In this document: positions 38,301-47,678 of the stretch, piece by piece
Numbering within the stretch: the first letter of the stretch is position 1
Layout of the letters: each line of letters opens with the position of its first letter
DNA from: Bacteroidales bacterium UBA5429
Lineage (GTDB): Bacteria > Bacteroidota > Bacteroidia > Bacteroidales > WCHB1-69
Assembly (NCBI GenBank): GCA_002427605.1
Contig: DIRT01000036.1
Span: 3,717 to 67,716, forward strand
Direction of reading: 5' to 3'
DNA length: 64,000 nucleotides
The notes under the pieces: model-generated
The model's database searches: none
What the model saw: only the letters and a program-made list of their open reading frames with translations
Told to the model about the DNA's origin: nothing
Made by a program: the position numbers and the translations under genes

Positions 38301-39625
38301 AGGTGATAGGTCGTTCGGCTGAAATGAAAGTGATAGACAAAAAAACAGGTATCGCTTTGTCGTCTTCCCATATTCCTTATGGTGCTAATCTCTATTTTAA
38401 ACATTCGGATGATGTGTCAAAAGGAGATTTGATTGCAGAGTGGGATCCATATAATGCTCTGATTATTACGGATATAGATGGTATTGTTCAATATCATGAT
38501 ATTACTGAAGGTGTTACTTATCGTATTGAAGTAGATGAGCAATCTAATATCCATGATAAAGTGATTATTGAAAGTCGTATCAAGTCTAAAAATCCAAGTA
38601 TTCAGATTGTAAGTGAAGAAGGAGATGTGTTGAAGAGTTTCGATATACCTGTGGGTGCAAGATTATCTGTTGAAAATCAAGAATGGGTTAAATCAGGGGA
38701 TATTTTGGTTAAAATACCTCGTTCCTTCGGAAAATCCGGTGACATTACCGGAGGTTTACCACGTGTAACAGAATTGTTTGAGGCACGTAATCCATCAGAT
38801 CCGGCTGTAGTTTCTGAAATAGATGGTGTTGTGAGCTTTGAGAAAAAATTGAAACGTGGAAATCGTGTTATCAAAGTAACATCGAAAACAGGTGAAGAAA
38901 AAACTTATTTGATTCCGATTTCAAAACAGATCCTGGCTCAGGAAAATGACTTCGTTAAGGCTGGAACTCCACTTTCAGAAGGTGTTCTCACACCGGTTGA
39001 TATCTTGAATGTGAAAGGACCGATGAAAGTTCAGGAATATATAGTGAACGAAATTCAGGAAGTTTATCGTTCCCAAGGTGTGAAGATTAATGACAAGCAC
39101 TTTGAAGTAATTGTCAGACAAATGATGAGAAAAGTGGAAATTGGAGATCCGGGAGATACTAAATTCTTGCAAGGAGAGCTAGTTAATAAGATTGATTTCC
39201 AAGAAGAAAATGATCAAATTTGGAAGAAAAAAGTAGTTGTTGATGCCGGAGATTCTACAGAGGTAAAAGAGGGGCAAATTATTTCAGCTAAAAAATGGCG
39301 TGATGAAAACTCAATTCTGAAAAGAAGAGACCTTAGACCAATTGAAATAAGAGATACTCAACCTGCTACAGGAAAACCAATTCTGCAAGGTATCACAAGA
39401 GCTTCTCTACAAACAAGAAGCTTTATCTCAGCTGCATCCTTCCAGGAAACAACTAAAGTATTAACCGATGCCGCTATTAATGCTAAAACTGATACCCTGC
39501 AAGGGATGAAAGAAAATGTAATTGTAGGACACTTAATTCCTGCGGGAACCGGTTTGGCAGAGTACCAAAATATTTTGGTTGGCTCAAAAGAAGAGTATGA
39601 AATATTAATGGTATCAAAAAAATAA
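35354..39625 (+). CDS. rpoC: DNA-directed RNA polymerase subunit beta'
   Basis: 1423 aa with the zinc motif [20 protein letters not shown] and the catalytic motif [12 protein letters not shown]. Confidence 0.98.
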   Translation: MALRKETNTRKEFSSITISLASPELILEQSFGEVTKPETINYRTYKPERDGLFCEKIFGPVKDWECHCGKYKRIRYKGIVCDRCGVEVTERKVRRERMGHIQLVVPVAHIWFFKSLPNKIGALLGLTSKQIDAVVYYEKFIIVQPGVLESETVQKGMLISEEEYFEFLDQLPPENRMLEDSDPDKFIAKMGAEGLNDLLTNLDLDQTSYELRHRANNETSQQRKNDILKRLHVFEAFRDSRRRAENKPEWMIVKIVPVIPPDLRPLVPLDGGRFATSDLNDLYRRVIIRNNRLKRLIEIKAPDVIMRNEKRMLQEAVDSLFDNSRKASAVKTESNRALKSLSDSLKGKQGRFRQNLLGKRVDYSGRSVIVVGPELNLNECGLPKDMAAELYKPFIIRKILERGIVKTLKSARKIVDRKDPVVWEILENIMKGHPVLLNRAPTLHRLGIQAFQPRLVEGKAIRLHPLSCTAFNADFDGDQMAVHLPLGNAAIMEAQMLMLASHNILNPANGAPVTVPSQDMVLGLYYITKELRSTETEKVQGEGATFYSPEEVIIAYNERKIHLNAIINCRVDLKGDGEMVRVETTVGRVIFNQLVPKGHRFINELLTKKSLRDIIGSILNKFGNAVTTQFLDDIMDLGFRMAFEGGLSFNLGDVIIPVEKRVLIEEANAQIEEITSDYNMGWITNNERYNQVIDVWTHTNAKLGSILIDQIAQDRQGFNPVHMMRHSGARGSAEQVRQLSGMRGLMAKPTKTSAGGGEIIENPILSNFKEGLSVLEYFISTHGARKGLADTALKTADAGYLTRRLVDVSHDVIITEEDCGTLRGMTITALKKNEEIVETIAERLLGRVTLHDVYDPQSGNLIAKAGTELDEEACALIGQTSIEEVEIRSVPTCESKQGVCQKCYGRNLATGKMVQIGEAVGVIAAQSIGEPGTQLTLRTFHVGGVAANIATDSKIISKYDGVLSIDELRALEKIDENGKTFYKVIGRSAEMKVIDKKTGIALSSSHIPYGANLYFKHSDDVSKGDLIAEWDPYNALIITDIDGIVQYHDITEGVTYRIEVDEQSNIHDKVIIESRIKSKNPSIQIVSEEGDVLKSFDIPVGARLSVENQEWVKSGDILVKIPRSFGKSGDITGGLPRVTELFEARNPSDPAVVSEIDGVVSFEKKLKRGNRVIKVTSKTGEEKTYLIPISKQILAQENDFVKAGTPLSEGVLTPVDILNVKGPMKVQEYIVNEIQEVYRSQGVKINDKHFEVIVRQMMRKVEIGDPGDTKFLQGELVNKIDFQEENDQIWKKKVVVDAGDSTEVKEGQIISAKKWRDENSILKRRDLRPIEIRDTQPATGKPILQGITRASLQTRSFISAASFQETTKVLTDAAINAKTDTLQGMKENVIVGHLIPAGTGLAEYQNILVGSKEEYEILMVSKK

Positions 39626-39630
39626 TAAAA

Positions 39631-39927
39631 ATGGAAGAACAAAAAATTGATATTCATTTAACTGAAGAGGTAGCTCAAGGAGTTTATGCTAATGTGGCAA
39701 TCATAACACACTCTCATGCCGAGTTTATTTTGGACTTCGTATCTATGATGCCGGGTCTCCCTAAGGGAACCGTAAGATCGAGAGTCATCATGACACCTCA
39801 AAATGCAAAAAGACTCATGGCTGCTTTAAATGAAAATATTCAAAAATTTGAACAAAATCACGGAAAAATCAATGAGAATACCCGTGAAGTATTACCTGTA
39901 TTCGGCAGTTCCGGAGGAAAAGCATAA
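39631..39927 (+). CDS. DUF3467-like small protein (unknown function), coupled to rpoC
   Basis: 98 aa; GVYANVAIITHSHAEFILDFV...RVIMTPQNAKRL. It starts 5 nt after the rpoC stop and is followed by a terminator. Confidence 0.7.
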   Translation: MEEQKIDIHLTEEVAQGVYANVAIITHSHAEFILDFVSMMPGLPKGTVRSRVIMTPQNAKRLMAALNENIQKFEQNHGKINENTREVLPVFGSSGGKA

Positions 39928-39944
39928 TACAGAGTATTGAAATT

Positions 39945-39977
39945 AAAAGGGCTCCCATAAATTGAGAGCCCTTTTTT
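39945..39977 (+). terminator. Rho-independent terminator ending the rpoBC-DUF3467 unit
   Basis: AAAAGGGCTC-CCATAAATTGA-GAGCCCTTTTTT. Confidence 0.75.
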
Positions 39978-40018
39978 CATACCTTTTAATTTATAGGTTA
40001 TCTATGATTTAAATTTTA

Positions 40019-40026
40019 TATCTTTG
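40019..40026 (+). promoter_or_regulatory. -7 box TATCTTTG for the PorE-like gene/rfbC/HAD unit
   Basis: TATATCTTTGCAGA, 20 nt before ATG 40046. Confidence 0.55.
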
Positions 40027-40045
40027 CAGATTAAATCTGTAGGGA

Positions 40046-41977
40046 ATGAAATCTTTGTTTAAAATTGTTTTGTTGACTTTGCTCACTTTGTTTACTGTGC
40101 AGATAACTCAGGCACAAGTGAAAAGAAATGTTAGGAAATTATGCGATAAAGCAGTAGAACAAATTGAAAAAAGAGAGTTTGAAAAAGCGATTCAAACTTT
40201 GAATAAAGCGATTAAGAAAGATTCAACCTTCCCGGAACTCTATATCAGACTAGGTGATGTATATAATTTTACCTTGGAATCTGAAAAATCAGCATTGGCG
40301 TACCATAAAGCAATTGCATTACTAGAAAAACCGGACCCCATTTTGTATATGTTCGCTGCCGATGAAGAACTGAAATCAGGGCAATATAAAGAAGCTTTGA
40401 GAGATTATCAGATTTTTATGCAGCAGTCTAAAAATAAAACTTTGTTGGAAGAGGTAGAAAAGAAAGTCAAACAGTGTGAATTTGGAGTTCAAGCTGTAAA
40501 AAATCCGGTCAATTTGACCCCTGTTAATATGGGAGGTGGAGTGAATTCTGAATGGGATGAGTATTTGGCTACCCTGACAGCTGATGAACAGGAACTCATC
40601 TTTACGGTCAAAAGACCCAGAGATGAAAAAACTATCTGCGCATTCTGTATTACAGAAGAAGATTTTTATTTTAGTTTGTTTGAAGATTCTGTTTGGAAAC
40701 CAAGAAAACCACTGGGACCTCCCGTGAACTCTTCTTATAACGAAGGAGCACAAACCATCTCCCCGGATGGAAAATATCTCTTTTTTACATTGTGTAATGC
40801 GGAAAGTGGTTATGGAAGTTGCGACCTCTATTGGTCAAAAAGGGTAGGGGGGAAATGGTCCAGACCACGAAACTTTGGTGCACCTGTGAATACACCTGCC
40901 TGGGAATCACAACCTTCTATAGCACCGGATGGAAAAACAATCTATTTCGTGTCTAATAGAGAAGGGTCTATCGGAGGTACTGATATTTGGAAGACCGAGA
41001 TGCTGGAGGAGGGACTTTTTTCAATTCCGGTTAATTTAGGACCCGTTATCAATACGGAATCGGAGGAGACAGCCCCATTTATTCACCCGGATGGAACAAC
41101 ACTCTATTTTGTATCCGATGGACATATTGGCATGGGAGGTAGAGACCTCTTTTTCTCTACACTGCTTGCAGATGGGTCATGGAGTACTCCTCTCAATATG
41201 GGTTACCCTATCAATACACATGCCGATGAATTGAGCATTTTTATTAATGCATCGGGAACCAGGGCTTATTATGCTTCAGATAAAGAAGGAGGTTTTGGGG
41301 GGATGGATATCTATTACTTTGAGCTAGATCATCACTTAAGACCCACGCCTGTTACCTATATGAAAGGACAAATTAAGGATGCTGATACCAGAGAGCCGAT
41401 TGAAGCAGATATTGAAATGATAGACCTGGATCAAAATAAAGTGATCACTTCTACTCGCTCCGATCCTTTTACCGGTGAGTTTTTGGCATGTATTAGAACA
41501 GGAACCAATGTGATGCTCAATATTATGCATCCTTACTACCTTTTCTACTCGGAAAACTTCTATCTTAAAAAAATGGCATCGGAATTGGAACCAATTTTGA
41601 AAGATATTTATCTTCAAAAACCGGAAAAAGGAAACAGTTTAGTGTTGAACAATATATTCTTTGAATTTGATCAAAGTACTTTGAAACCTGAATCATTTGT
41701 AGAGTTAGATTATTTAGTTAGTTTTTTACAAAAAAATAGTAAGATTAGAATAGAAATTAGTGGACATACTGATAATCAAGGAGATGATGAATACAATATG
41801 AAGCTTTCCGTAGATAGAGCTAAGTCGGTTTTTGATTATATTGTCTCTAAAGGAATCGATCCTTCCAGAGTGGAATATCGTGGATATGGGGAATCCAAAC
41901 CGATTGCTTCCAATGAAACTGAAGAGGGAAGGGCTCTGAATAGAAGAACTGAAATGATGATAATAGATAATAAATAA
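40046..41977 (+). CDS. PorE (PG1058)-like T9SS-associated protein: TPR + 5-bladed TolB/PD40-type propeller + carboxypeptidase-regulatory-like domain + OmpA_C peptidoglycan-binding domain
   Basis: Signal peptide ...VQITQA|QVKR, followed by TPR-like helices. Five repeats of N-x5-8-[PS]-DG-x-x-[LIY]-[YF]F. Then GQIKDADTREPIEADIEMIDL, and an OmpA_C domain (NNIFFEFDQSTL...GHTDNQGDDEYNMKLSVDRA...NRRTE). Confidence 0.65.
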   Translation: MKSLFKIVLLTLLTLFTVQITQAQVKRNVRKLCDKAVEQIEKREFEKAIQTLNKAIKKDSTFPELYIRLGDVYNFTLESEKSALAYHKAIALLEKPDPILYMFAADEELKSGQYKEALRDYQIFMQQSKNKTLLEEVEKKVKQCEFGVQAVKNPVNLTPVNMGGGVNSEWDEYLATLTADEQELIFTVKRPRDEKTICAFCITEEDFYFSLFEDSVWKPRKPLGPPVNSSYNEGAQTISPDGKYLFFTLCNAESGYGSCDLYWSKRVGGKWSRPRNFGAPVNTPAWESQPSIAPDGKTIYFVSNREGSIGGTDIWKTEMLEEGLFSIPVNLGPVINTESEETAPFIHPDGTTLYFVSDGHIGMGGRDLFFSTLLADGSWSTPLNMGYPINTHADELSIFINASGTRAYYASDKEGGFGGMDIYYFELDHHLRPTPVTYMKGQIKDADTREPIEADIEMIDLDQNKVITSTRSDPFTGEFLACIRTGTNVMLNIMHPYYLFYSENFYLKKMASELEPILKDIYLQKPEKGNSLVLNNIFFEFDQSTLKPESFVELDYLVSFLQKNSKIRIEISGHTDNQGDDEYNMKLSVDRAKSVFDYIVSKGIDPSRVEYRGYGESKPIASNETEEGRALNRRTEMMIIDNK

Positions 41978-41978
41978 T

Positions 41979-42521
41979 ATGGAATTACTCAGTGTTCCCA
42001 TTGAGGGGCTTGTACTTTTTAAACCACGTCTTTTTTTTGATGACAGAGGTTATTTTTTTGAATCATACCAACAGTTGAAATTGGAACAGTTTGGAATCAA
42101 ACATCCTTTTGTTCAGGATAATCAATCTCGTTCTAAAAAAGGGGTGGTTCGTGGGTTGCATTTTCAAAAGCCTCCTTACGCACAAGCCAAATTAGTTCGT
42201 GTTGTACACGGAGAAATTTTAGATGTGGCAGTCGATTTAAGAAAAGAATCACCCACTTATGGAACCTATTTTGCAGTTCACCTATCTGCTGAAAATCTCT
42301 TGCAGTTTTATATTCCTGAAGGATTTGCTCACGGGTTTTCCGCTTTAGCCGAAGATACTATTGTTCAATATAAATGCTCTTCTTTTTATAATAAGGAAGC
42401 TGAAGGAACAATCATATATAACGATCCAACTTTAAATATTGACTGGAAAGTGGATTCTCCGATTGTTACTTTAAAAGACCTGGAAGGAGAGCAATTTAAT
42501 AATTTTAAAACTCCTTTTTAA
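41979..42521 (+). CDS. rfbC: dTDP-4-dehydrorhamnose 3,5-epimerase
   Basis: FFDDRGYFFESY and QDNQSRSKKGVVRGLHFQ motifs. It starts 1 nt after the upstream stop. Confidence 0.9.
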   Translation: MELLSVPIEGLVLFKPRLFFDDRGYFFESYQQLKLEQFGIKHPFVQDNQSRSKKGVVRGLHFQKPPYAQAKLVRVVHGEILDVAVDLRKESPTYGTYFAVHLSAENLLQFYIPEGFAHGFSALAEDTIVQYKCSSFYNKEAEGTIIYNDPTLNIDWKVDSPIVTLKDLEGEQFNNFKTPF

Positions 42522-42523
42522 CT

Positions 42524-43168
42524 ATGACTACACTCGTTATTTTTGACCTGGATGGTACGCTATTGGATACATTAAAGGATCTCCAAATTTGTACAAATCA
42601 TATTCTAAAACAACATGGATATCCGGAACATCCAATGGAAGATTATAAATATTTTGTAGGAAATGGGATTCCTAAGCTGATCTCCCGGGCTCTGCCCGAT
42701 TCCGTAGAACCGGAAAAAGAACAACAGGTTTTGAAAGATTTTCTGGAATATTATGAGCTTCACAAAGAGGACTATACACAACCCTATCCCGGAATTGTAG
42801 CACTTTTGGAATATTTACAAGAACATCAGATTGCTGTTGCGGTAGCTTCTAATAAAATTCAATCTGCTATAGCTCCATTGATGGAAACCTATTTCCCTCA
42901 GATTCGGTTTCAGGCAGCTCTCGGAAGCAGAAAGGGGGTTCCCAATAAACCAGATCCACAAATAGTTGAAGATATATTATCTGTTTCCCCCCATGATAAA
43001 AAGAATGTAATCTATGTGGGAGATACCTCTGTTGATATGCAAACAGCTAAAAATGCCGGATTGACTGCCGTAGGTGCTTTGTGGGGTTTTAGAACCCGTG
43101 AAGAATTGGAACAGTCGGGTGCAGATCATATTATTGAAACACCTGACCAATTGATTCATTTACTTTGA
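42524..43168 (+). CDS. HAD-superfamily hydrolase (phosphoglycolate phosphatase-like)
   Basis: VIFDLDGTLLDT (motif I), ASNK and VGDTSVDMQTAKNAG (motif IV). Confidence 0.8.
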   Translation: MTTLVIFDLDGTLLDTLKDLQICTNHILKQHGYPEHPMEDYKYFVGNGIPKLISRALPDSVEPEKEQQVLKDFLEYYELHKEDYTQPYPGIVALLEYLQEHQIAVAVASNKIQSAIAPLMETYFPQIRFQAALGSRKGVPNKPDPQIVEDILSVSPHDKKNVIYVGDTSVDMQTAKNAGLTAVGALWGFRTREELEQSGADHIIETPDQLIHLL

Positions 43169-44416
43169 TCGAACAACGACCTGAAATGTAGTCCTGTCCT
43201 TCTGTTCAACAAATATTTTTCTCTTTCCGAATACTTCATCAAAAGTGTTCTCTTCGTAGTGGCGCAGTGTGATTAATTCCACTTTCTCATTGTACTTTAT
43301 CCTGTACTTTTTAGAAAGTGTTCTAATCATTTTTCTGGTTTTACTCTTTTGATTATTGATACAAATAGAAAAACTTAAAGCAGAGTTTTGCATTAAATTG
43401 ATCTTTACATGATATTGTGAAAGAGTTTGAAAAATTCCCGATAAATGGTTTACGGCAATGAAAGAGAAATCTTTAGGATAAAAAGAGATTAACACCTGAT
43501 CTTCTTTAACAATATAGCAGGGCACATATTTTTCAGGGATTACATCAGCAATTAAAGTTCCCGGTTCGTTTGGACTTAAAAAAGGTTTCACATACAGCGG
43601 AATCTGCTTATTCTGAAGTGGTTTGATTGTTTTAGGATGAATCACCGTAGCTCCATAATAAGCCAACTCAATCGCCTCTTCGTAGGGTAGTTGATCAATT
43701 TTTACTACATTATCAAATCTTTTTGGATCTGCATTCAATAATCCGGGTACATCTTTCCAAATAGTAACCTCTTCAGCATTTAAAACGTAAGCAAATATAG
43801 CTGCTGAATAGTCGGATCCCTCTCTTCCTAAAGTAGTTGTACTTTTTTCAAAAGTCCCTCCAATAAATCCTTGTGTTATTTTGAGTGGTTCACTATAGGT
43901 TTGATAGGCTTCTAAAATCAAATTTTCAGTGGTTTCCCAATCTACCTGACCTTCACGAAAACGGTTGTCAGTACGAATCAAATGAGCAGCATTCAACAGG
44001 CGATTATGTATTCCTTCCCGGTTAAGAAACAGGGAGACAATGGTTGTGGAAAGATATTCTCCAAATGGAACAATTCTATCATATTCATAATCATAATGTT
44101 CAGAGGGTTTTTCTGTTAAAATAGCCTTTAACTGTTCCAATAACGGATCTATATGATCCGAAATATCAGATTGTGGAATATTTAATTCATGAATAATATC
44201 AAGGTGATATTGAGTTAATTGATTGAGAAGTATCGGGAGTTCATCGCTATGTTGAAGCCAGGCATCAAGGATTTTTTCCATTAAATTGGTTGTCTTTCCC
44301 ATTGCGGAAATAACTACAGTAATGGGCTCATTTCCAAAAAGGAGAAGGATCTTTTTTAAATTCTTGACCCCGGAACTATCTTTAACGGAAGCTCCCCCAA
44401 ATTTAAAAACTTTCAT
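43160..44416 (-). CDS. lysC: aspartate kinase
   Basis: MKVFKFGGASV...VISAMGKTTN..., with C-terminal ACT-like regions. It is convergent with the HAD gene and overlaps it by 9 nt. Confidence 0.85.
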   Translation of the reverse strand: MKVFKFGGASVKDSSGVKNLKKILLLFGNEPITVVISAMGKTTNLMEKILDAWLQHSDELPILLNQLTQYHLDIIHELNIPQSDISDHIDPLLEQLKAILTEKPSEHYDYEYDRIVPFGEYLSTTIVSLFLNREGIHNRLLNAAHLIRTDNRFREGQVDWETTENLILEAYQTYSEPLKITQGFIGGTFEKSTTTLGREGSDYSAAIFAYVLNAEEVTIWKDVPGLLNADPKRFDNVVKIDQLPYEEAIELAYYGATVIHPKTIKPLQNKQIPLYVKPFLSPNEPGTLIADVIPEKYVPCYIVKEDQVLISFYPKDFSFIAVNHLSGIFQTLSQYHVKINLMQNSALSFSICINNQKSKTRKMIRTLSKKYRIKYNEKVELITLRHYEENTFDEVFGKRKIFVEQKDRTTFQVVVRSK

Positions 44417-44418
44417 TA

Positions 44419-45396
44419 CTATTCAGAGTATATGACTGCTAAAACTGTTTTCCCAACTTTGTCTAAACTGTTTTTGTCAATATGAGCAATATTATCCATC
44501 AATGTATGCCAGGTGGGATTAAATCCTGTACCTGTATAAATGTCCTGATGAACAATATTGACTGTGGGGATTTTAGCAATTCGGTTAATATATAAATGAT
44601 CATCTATAATCGGATTTCCCGGTTGATTGATAAAAAGGTCACTAAATCCCAATTGGTGAGCAGTTCCCCATATTTTAGATACAATCGATTGAGCATAATG
44701 GGAGGAGTAACCTTCATGATAAAATTGTGCATCAGAAGCTCCAACCATATCTAACAAAATCCCATACTCTGCCCGGTATGAGTCCAAATGGGGGGATTGA
44801 GCCCAATATTGAGACCCAAGACACCACCAATCCCCATTAAGATCGCTACCTGTAGGAGGACCCCAATCTTCAGCATCAAAAAAGATAATATCAACACCTA
44901 TATTGGGGTTTTTAATGGCGAGTTGTCTGGCAATCTCCAGTAAAACACCAACACCACTGGCTCCGTCGTTGGCTCCATCTATAGGTTTATCATGGTTAGC
45001 AGGATCCGGGTCATGGTCAGCGTAGGGTCTGGAATCCCAGTGTGCAGCTAAAAAGATTCTTTTTTCATGTTTCGGATTAAAACTCCCAATCATATTTTTA
45101 GCCCGAAGCTTAACCCCATTGTAAGTTGTCGTACTATATTCTTGAACATAAACAGTGTCACAATAGAGTTTTAAAGTTTGAGTTAAATAATCGGCACATT
45201 GAGCATGCGCTTCACTATTGGGGACACGGGGTCCAAAATCAACCTGGACTTGAACAAAATGGAAAGCGGAGTCCGCATTAAAATCGGGCAGTACAACCTC
45301 AACTTCCGATGTAACATTATCTTTTTTTTCCTTTTTATCTCCACACGAAAACAAGATCAAAGCAACAACTCCAAGTAGAGCCCAATATTTATTCAT
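44419..45396 (-). CDS. M28-fold lipoprotein, glutaminyl-peptide cyclotransferase (QC)-like
   Basis: Lipobox ALILFS|C. AHWDSRPYADHD...GANDGASGVGVLLEIAR...FFDAEDWG is an M28/QC-type metal-site layout. Confidence 0.6.
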   Translation of the reverse strand: MNKYWALLGVVALILFSCGDKKEKKDNVTSEVEVVLPDFNADSAFHFVQVQVDFGPRVPNSEAHAQCADYLTQTLKLYCDTVYVQEYSTTTYNGVKLRAKNMIGSFNPKHEKRIFLAAHWDSRPYADHDPDPANHDKPIDGANDGASGVGVLLEIARQLAIKNPNIGVDIIFFDAEDWGPPTGSDLNGDWWCLGSQYWAQSPHLDSYRAEYGILLDMVGASDAQFYHEGYSSHYAQSIVSKIWGTAHQLGFSDLFINQPGNPIIDDHLYINRIAKIPTVNIVHQDIYTGTGFNPTWHTLMDNIAHIDKNSLDKVGKTVLAVIYSE

Positions 45397-45410
45397 ATAT
45401 TTCGATTTAT

Positions 45411-47456
45411 TTATAGTACAGTGATAGTTCCTTTTTTCATTCTTTCAATTCCTTTATCGTCAGTATAGAACAGAATATATTGATAAGTAACATTAATCGG
45501 GGTCTTGCCACCAACTTCACCACACCATTTAAAGTTTTTGTCTGTAGTATAATAAACTGTTTCACCAAAACGATTGTGTACAGAAAAGTTTATACTGCTA
45601 ATTAAGTTAGCAGAGTGAATTTCAATACAATCATTGATCCCATTATTGTCTGAAGGGGTGATAGCTGAAGGGATATATACGGGTGGATCACATGCCAGAA
45701 TTTTAACAGAGTGAGATGCAGTACATCCATTATCATCCGTAATGGTAACACTGTATGTGCCATGCTTGGTAACTATGATATGATCACTGGTTTCTTCTGT
45801 GTTCCAAAAGTATTCCGGATTAGTTATATTGGAAATAGCCGTGAGTGTAGCAGTAAACTCTTCACAAAAATCCCCCGTTTGCTCAATTCTGACATGTGGT
45901 TTTTCAATAGTCAAGGTGACATTGATAATACTATCACAACCATTCCATGCCGCTCCCGGGAAAGTTACCTGATATGTTCCCTCAGCATGCCAGATGTATT
46001 GATCGTTAGGTCCCATGAGCGGATCTACAAAACTATAGGGAAGCTTCTCTTCACAGGTTGAAACCGCCATCTCCGAAGTACCAATTTCGCTGGGTCCAAT
46101 TGTAATGGTATAGGTGGTATCAACATTACAGATACTGTCTGCGTCCCAAATTCTAAGATTTACGGTATAAGTGCCAATGTCATCGTAATAGTGAGTCGGA
46201 TTAATTGCAGTAGAGGTGTTGTTATCACCGAAATCCCAAAGTACATATTCAATAGGCTGTGCCACATTTCCCCCATTGTTAATTTTGAAAATCTCGCTGG
46301 TGTTAGTAAATTGAACTTTATTATCACATTCATCAAAAACTTGTTCCCATTCAAAATTGGGGAAGAGGTCGTAGTAGTTTACTGTAGCATCGAAAACGAA
46401 TGGAGCTCCTGTTTGGGAGTTCATTTCACAACGGAACTCGGTTTCACTTGTGTTTCGTATTCTGGTGAGGGTAGAGAATCCATCAGCAGTGGGTACATGC
46501 ACATTGTTAACATACCATACGTAGTTTTCAAATCCACTAGGAGCTTTCAAAACTATATTATCATCACCGCATGCCTGCACATCAATAGTTCCATTCAGTC
46601 CATATCCGGTAAAGTAAGCATAGGTGTAGTGTGCTTCATAAATACATTCCGATGCAATAACACGAAGTCTGACAGTTTGTCCGATATAGTCTCGTAAATC
46701 AAATGCTAAACGCACCCAGTCAGCCCAAAAGTTATCAATATTCATTGACGCAGCGGGACAGATGTATTGAACGTCAAGAGGTTGACGACAAGGGTGAATC
46801 GCAGGGTACTGGCTTGTTTCCGGAATAATATAAAAAGTACTATGCTCATAATCACCCGTTACATAGTTTCCATTGGCATCAGTCATCTCAACTCTGAACA
46901 GCGCATTTTCAGACATATCGTGCCAGGGAACAGATTGAGTAACAAAAGAAAACCAAAAAACAAGTACATTTTGTGATTCCGTAGGGATAAAATAGTAGGT
47001 TGCTACAGCATTGGCACAGGGATAAGATCCCGGATTGTTATCATTTAACTTCATTACCCTGGGAACTCCATAATTCAATGTATCCCAGTCTTGTATATTA
47101 GGAAATGTACTTAAATATGCACCAGGGGCACCTGCAATACAAGCTAATGGATCAATGGCTGGTGTTGTAATGATTAAGTGTGAACTGGGAGATACAAATC
47201 CTGGATTTTGTGATCCAAGATTGAGTGGCACACAAGATGTTGTAGATCTTTCCAGTCCGGAAGTTCCATATGAAAGTTGACAGTAAGTACTTGTGTTTAA
47301 CTCTTGTAATGTTGCCGGAACCAAAACAGGGATTCCTTGATAAGGAACAATCCCAGGGGGTACTTGAGCTGAAACCGGGTTAAAGAAATTAACAACAATC
47401 AATAAAGAAAAAATAGTTACTGATTTAATGATTTGCCAAATGTTGCGATTTTCCAT
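45411..47456 (-). CDS. secreted multidomain protein with a PKD-like domain and a type B T9SS (gliding-associated, CHU_C-type) C-terminal domain
   Basis: The likely start is ATG 47456 (MENRNIWQ...FFNPVSA|QVPPG); the track start 47507 would overrun the promoter box. PKD-like WDFGDNNTSTAINPTHYYDDIGTYTV. C-terminus IPSAITPSDNNGINDCIEI...YQYILFYTDDKGIERMKKGTITVL. Confidence 0.75.
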   Translation of the reverse strand: MENRNIWQIIKSVTIFSLLIVVNFFNPVSAQVPPGIVPYQGIPVLVPATLQELNTSTYCQLSYGTSGLERSTTSCVPLNLGSQNPGFVSPSSHLIITTPAIDPLACIAGAPGAYLSTFPNIQDWDTLNYGVPRVMKLNDNNPGSYPCANAVATYYFIPTESQNVLVFWFSFVTQSVPWHDMSENALFRVEMTDANGNYVTGDYEHSTFYIIPETSQYPAIHPCRQPLDVQYICPAASMNIDNFWADWVRLAFDLRDYIGQTVRLRVIASECIYEAHYTYAYFTGYGLNGTIDVQACGDDNIVLKAPSGFENYVWYVNNVHVPTADGFSTLTRIRNTSETEFRCEMNSQTGAPFVFDATVNYYDLFPNFEWEQVFDECDNKVQFTNTSEIFKINNGGNVAQPIEYVLWDFGDNNTSTAINPTHYYDDIGTYTVNLRIWDADSICNVDTTYTITIGPSEIGTSEMAVSTCEEKLPYSFVDPLMGPNDQYIWHAEGTYQVTFPGAAWNGCDSIINVTLTIEKPHVRIEQTGDFCEEFTATLTAISNITNPEYFWNTEETSDHIIVTKHGTYSVTITDDNGCTASHSVKILACDPPVYIPSAITPSDNNGINDCIEIHSANLISSINFSVHNRFGETVYYTTDKNFKWCGEVGGKTPINVTYQYILFYTDDKGIERMKKGTITVL

Positions 47457-47475
47457 GGTTCTAATTATTTGTGTA

Positions 47476-47483
47476 CAAAAATA
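47476..47483 (-). promoter_or_regulatory. -7 box TATTTTTG for the type B sorting-domain gene
   Basis: The minus strand reads CGTATTTTTGTACACAAATAATTAG, 20 nt upstream of ATG 47456. Confidence 0.5.
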
Positions 47484-47550
47484 CGTTTTTTTAATGATAT
47501 AATTCATCAGTATAGACGATATTTTGGGCCTTAACGTTGCCCGGAAAATT

Positions 47551-47583
47551 GATTTCGGATTTTGAATTTCGGATTTTGAATTT
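47551..47583. repeat. tandem 16-mer (GATTTCGGATTTTGAA)x2, related to the GATTTCG satellite at 4887-4916
   Basis: Read directly. A second array (TTCGTAA)x2 lies at 47630-47643. Confidence 0.85.
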
Positions 47584-47678
47584 AAAATTCTGATAATCAG
47601 TATATTATATTTTAGAAAAATATAAATTTTTCGTAATTCGTAATTGAATTTATGTCCGCTTTCTTTGAGTAGATACTA

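Noticed and set aside
32003-39657. Multiple 60-127-aa ORFs inside rpoB/rpoC on other frames and strands (for example 33911-34294 and 39358-39657)
   Set aside because: They lie entirely within highly conserved RNAP coding sequence and show no independent signals.
45411-47456. Homology of the type B cargo N-terminal region to the giant-protein bracket domain (ALFRVEMTDANGNYV compared with SIDYQIYKDGNLV)
   Set aside because: Only one short strand-like motif matches and the second block does not align convincingly by eye. This is too weak to claim without profile comparison.
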